Positions 11,737 to 28,919 of a stretch of DNA of 64,000 nt are shown here, piece by piece. The stretch comes from Lingula anatina (lineage: Eukaryota > Animalia > Brachiopoda), in NCBI GenBank assembly GCA_051362555.1, contig CM120646.1, forward strand, positions 6,076,001 to 6,140,000. The letters run 5' to 3'. The notes under the pieces are model-generated. The model worked only from the letters and a program-made list of their open reading frames with translations. It did not search any database and was not told the origin of the DNA. The stretch's first letter is position 1, and each line of letters begins with the position of its first letter. The position numbers and the translations under genes were made by a program.

Positions 11737-12624
11737 TTAATTATAGCATTTAAATGTTTCAAACATTTCAACGGCAGATGACATAGCCTCTTTTGGTCTG
11801 CTGAGCATTGGGAACAAGACAGATAAGGTATTCTTGAGGGTTTCAGAATCTTTCACCTCAGTTGCAAAAACTGCCTCGTCTTTGTCTTCCAGTATTGAGT
11901 TGTTCTTAATAGCCAGAAGCTTGCCATTCGGAAAACGAACAGCTCTGAGCGAATTAAGAAATATTGAAGTTGTTGGGTTTGTGTACGGTCTGACCATCGA
12001 GCTTTCGAAATCCTTGAGAATGCAAGGAGCGGTGTTAAAACTATAGACATACCGCCAATTGTTGTCTAGGTCGTTTTCCCCTTTGTATGAATCTTTTGCT
12101 AAACCTTTGTGCATTCGATGAAACTCTCCGTCTTCCTTGCGGACGTATTTGAAGGTACAAAATGAAAACGTGTACACTGGCGACTCGTCTTGAAAATCTA
12201 AAGGGATCGATTTCAATGTCGGATATCCCATGCCGGCCTCAATAAGGTAACTGTCGCCTGACGTAACAACATCGTGTGCCACTAACAGCACATGATTTCC
12301 CGGATATTTCACTTGGCCCTTTGCCAATGTGACGTCATAGCCTAAAGCTCGTAAGACGAAATACAGGAAAGTATTATTTTGATAGCAAAGACCGCCTCTG
12401 CCGGAAAGACCTCTCTCTTTCAATTCTGTCAAATTCGGTATTCTCCTTTCAGAAACTGGTAGAGCCAACAGATCCAAGTTGTGGAATGGAACTTTGCAAT
12501 GATATTCATAAATAATGTCGTTCAGAAAAGACAATCTGTCTGTATTAAATCTCATTTGGATGTCAATGAGTCCTAGAACATTTTCAACAAATGTTGTAGC
12601 TTCTTCTTTAGATAACAGGTCCAT
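11737..12624 (-). CDS. Arylamine N-acetyltransferase, copy 3 (295 aa; Cys-His-Glu triad)
   Basis: Start placed at MDLLSK (12624) by homology to copies 1 and 2. The 350-aa ORF-track extension crosses the conserved acceptor (exon starts 12677) into intron. GRGGLCY, GNHVLL, YLIEAGMG (GAG at 12238-12240). Confidence 0.92.
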   Translation of the reverse strand: MDLLSKEEATTFVENVLGLIDIQMRFNTDRLSFLNDIIYEYHCKVPFHNLDLLALPVSERRIPNLTELKERGLSGRGGLCYQNNTFLYFVLRALGYDVTLAKGQVKYPGNHVLLVAHDVVTSGDSYLIEAGMGYPTLKSIPLDFQDESPVYTFSFCTFKYVRKEDGEFHRMHKGLAKDSYKGENDLDNNWRYVYSFNTAPCILKDFESSMVRPYTNPTTSIFLNSLRAVRFPNGKLLAIKNNSILEDKDEAVFATEVKDSETLKNTLSVLFPMLSRPKEAMSSAVEMFETFKCYN

Positions 12625-14085
12625 TTCCCACTCACACTTTCTCGAATAAGAAGTAGGGTGCGTTCCGCCTCTTTGACCTGAAAAATATATTTGCACATGT
12701 TTTGTCATTAATGGGCCTACAGCACGTACATGCACATGCACGTACAACTGTACAATTACCTGCATGCGAATTAACTTTGCAATCATCAAAATTCTGCATA
12801 TTCTCCTGATTACTGTGTATCTTCGAAGGAGGGGGATAAGGGGTTATTGGTGCCCCAGAAGCCTAGTGAGGGACGTTGTGTCCTCCCCGGAGGCCGCAAA
12901 GAATATACATCCTCCCGCCTTAGCCGCCCGGTAGAGATTGATTGCAATGAGAGGGACCAAAGACATATAAACTGTAAATGTATATGATACACCTTTAATA
13001 CATTAAGTCTCGTAACATATGCTTAGACAATTACACTCCTAACGAAATAGCTATAGACATATTAAGGTCTATATGGTTCACTGTCGAAAATTTACGTGAA
13101 AAGTTACAAGAGTTTGTAAGTCCAAGACTAACAGCAGTTACGAGAATATCGCACTTTAATCCAAGTTACAAATTCACGTAAATATTTACAAATTGTTGTA
13201 AGTTACAACCTTTAGAGAATACAACACCAGGTATGACTTAAACGGAACTGTTTTTGTACTGATTTTGACCTACCTGACCAGTCGCTGACCAGTAAGCTTC
13301 GTGTTATATATGCAGTTTCTATACTATATGGAAAGTAGGTTAAAGGACCACTGGTCATCAAGGTATACGGTTGTACATGTAACAACAACCATATATTAAA
13401 GTGACCTATAATAACAATTAAGGGCGGAAACCGGAGAGCGAGGGGTGCGAAATAATCGTAGGGAGGTGCAACACGTTCATACACACTGCTTTTTCAACCA
13501 CGTAAGTCAAATGCGCAGGAACTACAAGCAGGGCCTTCAATGAAATCCCCCATGTATATACAGTATATCCTTCACCGGTACATGCCGCGAATTATATTTT
13601 AATGATTTTTATGATATATCTATTTCTACAATTGTTCAGCCCCTTTCCATCAAAATTTGCTTGCTACGCGTCTTTCTATATTTTGGGACAAAAACAGTTC
13701 ACCTTGCTGCTCCATAGACACGAATCATACACAATCCCCAAAGAGACGTGAATCCGGGAGTACACAATTAATGGGTCACGCCCTTACCTAGCTAGCTCCG
13801 AAAATGAAGTATTTTAGTGTACTTGACGTATTTTTGGTGTTACAACACGGGCTCTATCTATATTCTTTTCTGTGACCAAAGTTTAAGACAATAAATTCGG
13901 GGATATCGGGATCTCTGTCACAAAGGTGTTGAACTACAATGAAGGAGCTATACGTGTACAGGTAGGGTATAATGTGCCCATGAAATCTTACACAAATCTG
14001 ACAGGTGCTTATTAAGCTTATAGCCTACATTGTACTTATAGGCCAGTTGGTAGGCCCTACATATAAGCCTTATCGATGCACACTA

Positions 14086-14300
14086 GGCTCTTTTCCCATA
14101 GATTTTAGATCGATCTATCCCCGCGGGGAGACTCACTAGATTACTTTCAGATAATCCGACTGAAATGTCCGTCCCGCCTACTACATGCTGTAAGGGGGTA
14201 ATTAACTTTCGTGTCCGCCCGGCTGACAGCTATTTAGCGTGAACCCCCAGGGAGTTAGGTCGATCTAAAGTGGGTCGATCTTATCTATGGAAATGGGGTG
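14086..14300. mobile_element. MITE family A copy (reverse orientation)
   Basis: Reverse complement of the family A core (gtgaacccccagggagttaggtcgatc). Confidence 0.85.
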
Positions 14301-14328
14301 GTAATCGACTGCATCCATGGGGGCTTAA

Positions 14329-14586
14329 GGCTTCATTCACATGCAATGTCTATTTTCTAAATTCTATTTTCTATTCGCGGTATGTCTTATGATCACGGTC
14401 TGTGCCCTGAATATCCCGCGGCGTAATTACTGGCAGCGCAAGCAAGTTACTATACGTTAGTATAAGTAACTGGCTCGCGCTGCCAGTAATTACGCGGCGG
14501 GATATTCAGGGCACAAACCGTGATCATAAGATAGCGCGAATAGAAAATAGATTTTTAGAAAATAGACATTCCATGTGAACGAAGCC
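14329..14586. mobile_element. Fold-back (almost fully palindromic) MITE related to family B
   Basis: ~125-bp arms are near-perfect inverted repeats; TAA duplication (14326-14328, 14587-14589); arms match the right end of 8993-9379 (taattacgc..gg..attcagggcac..accgtgatc). Confidence 0.85.
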
Positions 14587-15105
14587 TAAGTAAGCTCAGC
14601 ACCTGTGCTATATATCATGGGGACATTATTTACCATCACAAATACACTTAACATTTCTTCAACAAAGTTATAGTTTCTTCAGATGCAGAAAACGTTTCCT
14701 TTGGACTCATCGCTCTAGTAGGCCTAAAACTTTTTTAACGACTGACGCTCTCTTGGCGTTGTAGGATTCGGTCAAGTTACAAGATTATGTGATCACCTTT
14801 TTACCTCGTACGTAAAGTACTTTTTCATAAATTGACAGGGGGCCAACTTAATCCTGGGGCCCCGGACTCTCCTACTTTTAGGCCTACAGCCTTATTTATT
14901 TTATTATATTGTAGATATAGAGTGATTAAACCAATGATGAAACTTGAAGGTACAATACCATTATTTGGACTAATGTAATCAATAAAACGAGTCTGGAGAT
15001 AAAGTACGGTGAAAGTCAATTTTTATACAGGTGCGTCTAGAACCAGTCATTGTTGCGGTTCATCTTGCAAAATAGCGCCACCTTCAGTAGGTTTGATTTA
15101 TAAGT

Positions 15106-20307
<5,202 letters not shown>

Positions 20308-20310
20308 TGG

Positions 20311-20440
20311 AGAAAAAAAATGCATGAGGATATTTATACTGTTAAAAAATCCCATTCTGCGAAGTGTACTAGCATTTGAAAAAAAAATGGATGTGGATAT
20401 TATACTGTTAAAAAATCCCATTCTGCGAAATGTACATAGC
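20311..20440. repeat. ~67-bp tandem duplication in the RNF113 3' UTR
   Basis: tatactgttaaaaaatcccattctgcgaa occurs twice. Confidence 0.85.
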
Positions 20441-23422
20441 AACATACACGAGTCAAATTTTTATTCTGCTTACCAGAGTTTAAAATATGACAACTGTGAC
20501 AATTTTTTTGTATTATTTTGTGCACGATCATGTGTAAATAAAATCTTTATTCTTATGATCTGGTCACATAGTGCGCTCTTTATGGTCATATGGACAAGAA
20601 ATAATGGCTATAAAAGAAATGCATCTGTAAATGCATGAAGAACACTAATTTTATCACTATCAAATTTGCACTTTTCAAATTTAGTTCAATAAATGGATAA
20701 TCTAAGTATACATTAACAAAGCATCAAAAGGCATAGTGGGAAGGGAGAATTCTGGTTGCCCTAGTTTTTTCTGAAAAATGCTGTTGTTGAGACAAGCACA
20801 GCTACTGCAATAGAGACCACATTTTGCTAAAGAGTTCTTCGTTCCAATATTTCCATGTAAAATAATCACTCTTTTCAGAGATGGAATAAATATGAGGCTG
20901 ATAATTAAAGCTCTTTAATTTTAATTCAAACTGACAAAAACATGGTTTGGATTTGAAAGTTGGTGCTCATCTTGACGATTTAGCAATTTTATCTCTGATA
21001 AGCAATCATGTAAACTCTCTTTCTGAACAATAATCACCAATAACAAAGAAATAAGTTCAAGAAACAAGGCAGTTGTTTTATTTGCACTAAGTGCTTACCA
21101 ATACAACATTTCCCGCAAATAAATCCAAACACCACTCCCAAACTCCACCCTCGGGGAGAGAACAACTGTGAAGTGGGGAGATACTGTTACTACCACAAAT
21201 CATCTTCCCAAGAGAAGTCCATTTTCACCCAATGATTGCCAATGTAGCTTTAAGAATGTTACATAATACAAGCTCCAATTTTTTTTATTAAAAATACCCC
21301 ACCCACCCACCCAAAACAGTCCCCCCTTTTTTTTCCAAAATGGACTGTTTCATAAATAACAATATGTCAACTAAGTGGGATAACAGACGAATAGTTCTTC
21401 TTCATACTAGATATAGTTAACGAGAGATTTATTACATGTGAGAGTATGAAGCAAATGTGTCGTGAAATGTTCCTATGATGAATACAGTTTTCCATTGTTT
21501 TCAAAGGCAGTATTAGAAGCTACACAATATCCATAGTAATGATCTCTGATACCATGGTAACCATAACTATGGCGACATCTGGGTTATATATACTTATATA
21601 CACATATTCAAGTCTAGTTCACAGATTCAATTCAATTATCATACAATTACACTGAATATATTTTACAGAATCTTTTCTCAGCATTAAACATCATCCAATA
21701 ACTATAAGCTAATACATACAAAACCACATTCAATGTGAAGAACAGAAGAATCAAACTATGTACACATTTATTAGTTAATGGGGATTTCAAGTACTACGTG
21801 TGGGCCGATACTCTCAGCATACAAGTTTTTACACGGAACCACAATTGAAGCCTGACACATGAATTATGCAAGCCTCTATGGTGATGTTGCTGTACAATGG
21901 CTATAACACAATGCAGATGTACAGATTATTATACACTTGGTCTGCAGCACATAAAACCAATTATCATGGAGCACATACACTCACTATGCAAAGTCGATAC
22001 GTATGTATATTTTTATACCATCATCTTATATCCACATAATGTACAAATTTCACAATTGTTTAACCAAACAGTTATTTACTTCCATATCCACATAATATAC
22101 TGCAACTTCTGTACACAGTGCAGGGAAGGAGTGCATATTACTTTTTTTTATGTTTTTTCCTTCTTGTTTTATTAAATAAAATATATCTTTTTTATTTTTT
22201 CAAATTTTTATGGCATTTTTTCCCCCATTTTGATATCTAAGTCCTTTTTTTACCATCAAAATATTACTCAACCCAAACTGTTACTCACAAGGTCTTTCTG
22301 TTATCTGTGATGACTACACAATGTCTCTAGATTGATATTTTATGTTCAGATTCATAGATATTAAGAAATCCTTTCACTCTCATTCAAACTGCAAGTAAAA
22401 GTCATCTGATGTAATAATAAACATATTTTTTATACATCAGTCACTTACAGACTGTTCCTCACACAAAATTAGAAAAGTGAAACTCCTCAGCTAAGACTAT
22501 CATCCTTTATAACAAATGCAGAAGATTGCTCCATTCTGGGTCCATATCAAGGTTCAAATCACATGACAGTCATGTGACAGTCATATGTCCAGTACAAAGG
22601 GTGTTGTGTTCAAACCAAACTTGCTAGTGTCATTCTACATTATTTGCTTTCTACTATCAAAACTCCATTCATTCAATACTTGCAACACACAGTGAATGTA
22701 CCGTTAACCCTTTTACCCCCAGGTGACATACATTTGGGCATGGTGTTCAATACAGTGGGAACCAATGCAGAAGGAGAGATGGAAGGAGCGGGGTTAAGTA
22801 AGCAAGAAATGGAAAAACTGTTGGCAATTTGAAATATGTGGTTCAGATATTGAAAGCCACTGATTTGAAGCCAGCCCTTTCTCTCAAAAGTGTCACCTGT
22901 CACCAGCCTAAGGAGCACCACTACCTACTGTTAACAACCTACTTAAAGAGTCACAGATTACTGGCAAGCTCAAGCCACTATAGAGATAACTTTCACATCA
23001 TTTCGGTTATATTTCGAGTTGATATTCAGTTTCACAGTATGCCAAACCAGGCATAAATTCCCATCAAGGCGCAATATTGGCATCATTTTACTAACAAATG
23101 CAGCACTGGATTTTATAAGCTGCAGTATCAGACTTGTGTTGCTTGCTTTACAACCTAACAGACAACAATGCCTGAATTTATGACCACAAGGTGCTATTGG
23201 CATTCAATTAAACAACCAATATTGGCATCGCAAAACCCATGCTGCATTCAGTACATGCTGTATTCCCGTTCTTTATTTCCTTCTTTCCTTCCTTCTTTCT
23301 TTCTCACCACTGTCACAAGGAATTGATCTTTTCATTAGAAAACCCTTCAAGCTTCAACATAGGAATGAGCATGGGTCACTTCTGAGACTAGCAAGACCTT
23401 TACACTGTTCCTATGACTCCCT

Positions 23423-26400
23423 TCACCTCTTGGATAATTTAAGGACAATACCGGGTTTCTGTAGCTTAGGAGCTACCGTCCACTCGGGATCGGTTGGGTC
23501 GTCCCCAATGACAGATCCAACAGGAGATGTCTCCATTGGGCTGCTTGTGTCCGCAAGCATTGGATCCACGAGGTCTTCCCCAGGTGCGCCATCTAGTGAC
23601 ACATTACGTGCTCTTAGCGCGAGCCCTGACGTGCTGCTAACATGCTTTTCTAACTTCACGGCTTCGTGCTCTGCAATCATACTGTCATACTCCGATTCGG
23701 AAAGGGGGAACTGTCGCAACTGCCAAGGCATAACGACAGGGCCTTCTTCTACAGGAGAAGCAGTGGCGCTTCTGTCCTGACAATCGCTTCCAGTGCTCAA
23801 GGCCGACAGTCTTTCCTTCCTAGAGAACGAGCCACTACGACGAGGGACAATGCCTCCATCCTCACCCAACAATTTTCCTGAGAATGACGCGGGTCTGTAC
23901 TCTTTCTCAGTGCTGCCACCTACACTGGTGCCTGACAAAGTCAATGGTGAGGGCGTAGCTGGGGCTACAGCAGGCGAGGAAATGTTCATGGACCCAAAGA
24001 GGCTATCGTTCATACTAGTCTCCGGAGAAATGGGATCGGGTGTTGTCGTGCCGCTCTCTGTTCTGTGTAGACTGGTCATGCTGTCAGGTCGGGACAAACT
24101 ACGATTGAGACTGCTGCCTGTCCGCTTGTTTGTAGGGACGAAGGAGAGGAAGCGTTTCTTCTCTGCGACCTCACACTTCATGTGTCTGACAGCAAAGGTG
24201 TCGTCTGATAGATCTTCAATCTGGTAATAGAAATATAGAATATATTTTACACAGGAATGAGTCTTCGCTTCATAAAAATAATGGAGTGAATTTCACCAAT
24301 TTCTAAATACTCATGTGAACCCATTTGCTAAGAGGATTAATTAGTAAATACCGAAATGATTGCATGATAGTTAATTATAAGAATGGGTCTTGTTTTAAAA
24401 ATCGCCTAGCAATTTTATACTTTATCTATTGTGTGCACTTTTCATTCTTATTTGGTTTCTTTTTGCTTATAAATTTGGAACTTCAATTATTTTTCCCCAT
24501 GCATTAATTATTAACTTCTCAAAACTTACCTCCTCTTCTTCCCCTCCTATGGAAAAACTTGTCTTCTCTGCCTCCTCCGTCTGTTCCATCTTTCCCTGAG
24601 TGCTTTCATCATTGCTTTCCTTTGCCGTACTTGTCTCTGGCAACTGTGGAGGCTCATCGCTGGTTTTACCCTCGTCTTCCTCCTTGTTCTCTTGGGTAAG
24701 ATCACGCCAGCTGCAAATGAGACATTCATTTGTTAACATCAGGTTTAGCAGGGTAACTAAACTTCTCTTCTTGCCCACAAGTTTGTGGTTTTAGTTAAAA
24801 TGATACAAACTGGAATTTAACATTGATTTATTATCATTTGTTAATTTTTCTGTTGTTAGTATCTCCTTATGCAAAGGAATATTAGTGCAATAGCCCTCAA
24901 TGTTATATGACACCACCACAAATCAATTGTCAACTTCACACTTCTGACAGGAAGACCATCAACAGCTACGTCATTTAACGCCACTTGCCACATCTCTAGT
25001 TCTTCCCTACTTATAATGCACTTCCAGGTTGAACTTCCAGGTTGGAAAAAACTTGCTAAGCACTCACGTGGCGAGGCCGTATGTTTACAAAACTGTACAA
25101 GTCCCCACGAACCCTTCAGTTCATGTGGCCAGGTGCACTAGTACCATAAAGACACAGGGAACGGGTACGCTTATACCAGAAAAGCACAGGGAACAGGGGA
25201 CTTTTATGAAGGAGAACCCTACCCCAGCTGCCCTATCCCTTCTCTTCAACCTACACTGATACTCCCATCAATGACTAACTTATCAATATCAAGCCCCTTT
25301 TTCAACTTACATTTCTACATAAAAGCAAGGAAACTCTCATAACTCACCTGGAAATCAGAATTTTTGTACTCAATTCTTCAAAAGTCGATCTTACAAGTTA
25401 CATTCACCTTAGAGTCTCACACACATGTAAATATCAACAATGTTTAATTGCCAGTGTAACTTATTGTGAAACTGATTTTCTCACCTGGGCGTTAATATTT
25501 CTTTATACTTCAGCTTCTCCACCCTGGTGGAGGCAGCCATGCTGTAGGGTATCACAATGTTATTAATGTCGAATGCACTTTCCCCTCGCCTCTTCCTCAA
25601 AGCGTCCTTCATCTCTTTAAGCGTTGAGGATGGGCAGCTTTGAGAGATCGAAGAGCTAGCGTCCAAAGGTGTTGGGGATGGTGTGAGTGTCTTGAAACGG
25701 TTGGGTAAGGAAAGGGCACGTTGCTTTTTAAGAGCTGCTGAAAAGGAAAATCAAGTCTCATCATTACTGTTTTTGCATTTCCAGATTTTATACTTCTAGA
25801 ATTTAGGTAGTATAGTGCACCATAAAAATGCATTATCACCATACAAGTGTATTGTGGAATATAAAATTAGTTTATCAAAATAATAAATAAACAAATATCC
25901 TATCACGTGTTATTAAGTTTAATATCAACTTAATTTAACTATATATTTTCAGAAGGTATTTTTAAATTCTACAATGTCACACCTACAGGAAAACTTTCTG
26001 TTGACTTCTTTTTTTTTAAACAAATTAACACAGTTGAATATCAACCCTGGACATTCTTTATCTGATCATTGACAGACCCAGGAGACTGACCGACATACAC
26101 CTACCTATTGCCAGCGACGCAGCCTTCCTCCTCTTGATCTCCGTCCTGCACAGCCGTCCATCCTCCAGCTTGGACCGCGGCGTGGACGGCAGCGAGCCAC
26201 TGCGACCTCGAGACAGTTTCTTATTGTCAACAAACTTGTGCCGCAGATCTGAAAATTAAACCACAAAGACAAATGTTACATGATAGTTTACAGAGAGGAA
26301 TGAGTCACTACTCCTGGCTATATTATATAATAGGATTCATTTATGATCTATGAAATGATGTCTCATATAAAACAATTAAAAATCGAGATTGCATTAAACA

Positions 26401-28874
26401 ATATATTAGCTAACTGAAGACAAGGAAAATACAACAGGCAATATGAAATGGAAAAGAAAATGAAATTATAAATTTATTTGAACAGGTCTACAAATACTAA
26501 ATTGGTCTTCAATTATGCAAAGAAGACGCAAACATTGATGGTTGGCATTTCTGTCATCAAGAGAAGAACCACCTGCTGCTACTTACTAGAATGCAGTAAT
26601 GCTGCGGTGGCACTCTTGGAAAGCCTCTTCCCATGTCTGCCACCCGTTTCTTTGGTCAACTTTAGCTTCCTGGGATAATAAAAATGAACAAAAGTAGTCA
26701 ATTAATAATAATAACAGAATCACATGTATCACACTAGCTGTCTAAATAATTTTTATTTTATTTTTTTCTTCCCTCAAAATGAAGTACCCAAAGCAAACCA
26801 TATTCAGCTGTGTAACTGAAGTGACGAAATGCCAAAAACAACATCCCTTTAAACATACAGTAAAATAAGAACTTAACATTTTCATTAATGCCTCCCTGAC
26901 AGTGTTTAAACTTTGAGTTATTAGACAGTGCATGTTGTATCAGTTGTCAGCAGATGAAAAAGGATCCACATTGAAGTGAAACCAATCATATTTAATTTTT
27001 AAGGAGTTTCAAGCCATAAATAGCTTCAAGTCTAAATGTCACCTCGAAAATTATCAATGTTTTATAAATCAGCCATTGTATTTATATCTGACGGTCTCAA
27101 CTAATATGTTTAACTTATGAGCTCACCAGAGAAATCAATTTCTAATGTACACTTGTACATTATCTAAATAAATTATCATTTTTATCATCAATCAGTTCAC
27201 TGACACAGATAACTGCTTTCTGGTCTAAAGAAAAAGTAATTGTTTATTTATTTATTTTGTTTTTTGTTGTTTTTTTTTGTCTTTTTTTCTCCTGGCCCCT
27301 ACCTTTTCTCTGTGGGCACAGCCTTCAGGGTTCTGTTGGAGGGTTTGCTCTGCCAGTCCCCACTCTTCAACAGGGTATCAAAGTGCGCTGTGAGGGGCGT
27401 GTCTAGAAAAATAACAATGAAAGTGTTCGCATTAGAACATCATCTGGAAGTATGGTGGAAGAAACAGACATCAAAATGCTCTTCTTCTGTACATGTAAAT
27501 AATGATGCAACAATGTGGTCGGTGTTATCAAACTACGAACATTATTTATATAAAGGTCAAAATATCGATAAATGATTGTGTAATTCCGATGAGTCCTGAA
27601 ATGAACTTAAAACGTGCCGACAAAGTGCAATACTGTAGCAATGAAATAAAACAGTGGGTTAACCTGCATTTGAGGAAATGCCTAAGAAGTCCAAAGAATC
27701 CATTAACCATAAAAGAGAACAAAAAATCTACAATCTATTCAAAACTTCCTTAAGAAACTCACAGCTGATATAAATATTTACGTTTTGTTACACGTCATAA
27801 ATCCATAAAAGCTGATATGAGTATGAACTTCAGATCCTGGGTCACTATAAATCATGACAGCATCACATAGTAATTTTAAACAAAACAAAGTGAAAATGTT
27901 TTATTCAATGCAACTCTTGTCACGTATCAATCAGCTACAAATGGTGATAGGGTGTACGTTTTTTTTCCCTGTCTTACGTAATAGGGAGGCTATTTTTTCC
28001 CTCCCTTGTGTAATAGGCATGCTATTAAGTTGTCAATCCCTCAAAACCTACCAGTGCACCTGTATGGCTAAGATAAACTCCTTTTTTATTGGTAAAAAAA
28101 AAAAACCTTGCTTACAATGCAGTCAGTCTCATCTGAACAAATTACCCGAGGTCATCTAACATACTCTGAACATGTGCAGAGCAGACCTATAGACTTCACA
28201 CTAGACAGGACACAAAAACACAGCAACCTTCAAAAGCTTCTACACAGGTCCTTGCAGCCTCAATCGAACACCGATTATCGAAAGATATCACTTTCAACTG
28301 ATATCTCCATTGCAGTGACCATCAGAGGTACAAATGCACTGCGAAGTGGTAAACCCAAATTAAATGCAACGTGAGAAATCATTTATCTTCAGTATAGAGT
28401 GCAGGCCTTGGAAAGGCTGAACAGTATATGTTTTACCACATCTCTTTGAGCAGTGCTAGTTAATAGACCCTACACACGCTTGAACTGGGTGAAAATCAAT
28501 GATCTCTCACATCAACACAGCGAGAAAAAAATATCCTGTGTAGACCAACTTTGAGGGTTTTACAGGGTGGTCCATAAAAACTACTTTACTTTCCATCTCA
28601 ATTTTATATATACATAATTAAGATATTTCCAACTTTCTTTCACCTAAATTGTTCCACAAAGACAACCATTTTATCCATGCAAATTCTGCAGAAATTGGAA
28701 AACTTTACGGTAGTCAAATATCTTAATTGGACCAAAATTGAGATGGAAAGTAAAATAGGTCATTTTTTATGAACCACCCTGTATATGCTTTTGGATATGG
28801 TATAATCTAGTGAGGTGGAGAAATGGTTTCAAGGTCTAAAACTAATAGTCACATTATTTCTACCATATATTGTG

Positions 28875-28919
<45 letters not shown>

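Larger units (their letters stand above)
1..13530. repeat. Tandem segmental duplication of the NAT unit (units about 600-5950, 5950-10270, 10270-13530, plus the partial 5' flank of a further copy at 1-550)
   Basis: Flanking non-coding blocks recur colinearly, e.g. 'atgaccgacagag..ggatt' at ~63, ~5346, ~9669; 'atggaaagtagg' at ~347, ~5557, ~10168, ~13328; 'gcagtcagtc' at ~1171, ~7094, ~10827. Confidence 0.9.

Noticed and set aside
2269-12046. Plus-strand ORFs overlapping the NAT genes (2269, 7955, 11834)
   Set aside because: Antisense shadows of the NAT coding frame; their recurrence reflects the duplication.
2205-12624. Horizontal transfer or contamination as the origin of the intronless NAT genes
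   Set aside because: Animal NAT ORFs are commonly intronless, and these have splice acceptors and host MITEs shared with KANSL1 introns; a phylogeny would be needed to claim transfer.
12625-12789. 55-aa N-terminal extension of NAT copy 3 in the ORF track
   Set aside because: It crosses a splice acceptor conserved in all copies, and the homologous segment has a 4-nt insertion in copy 2 and an in-frame stop in copy 1.
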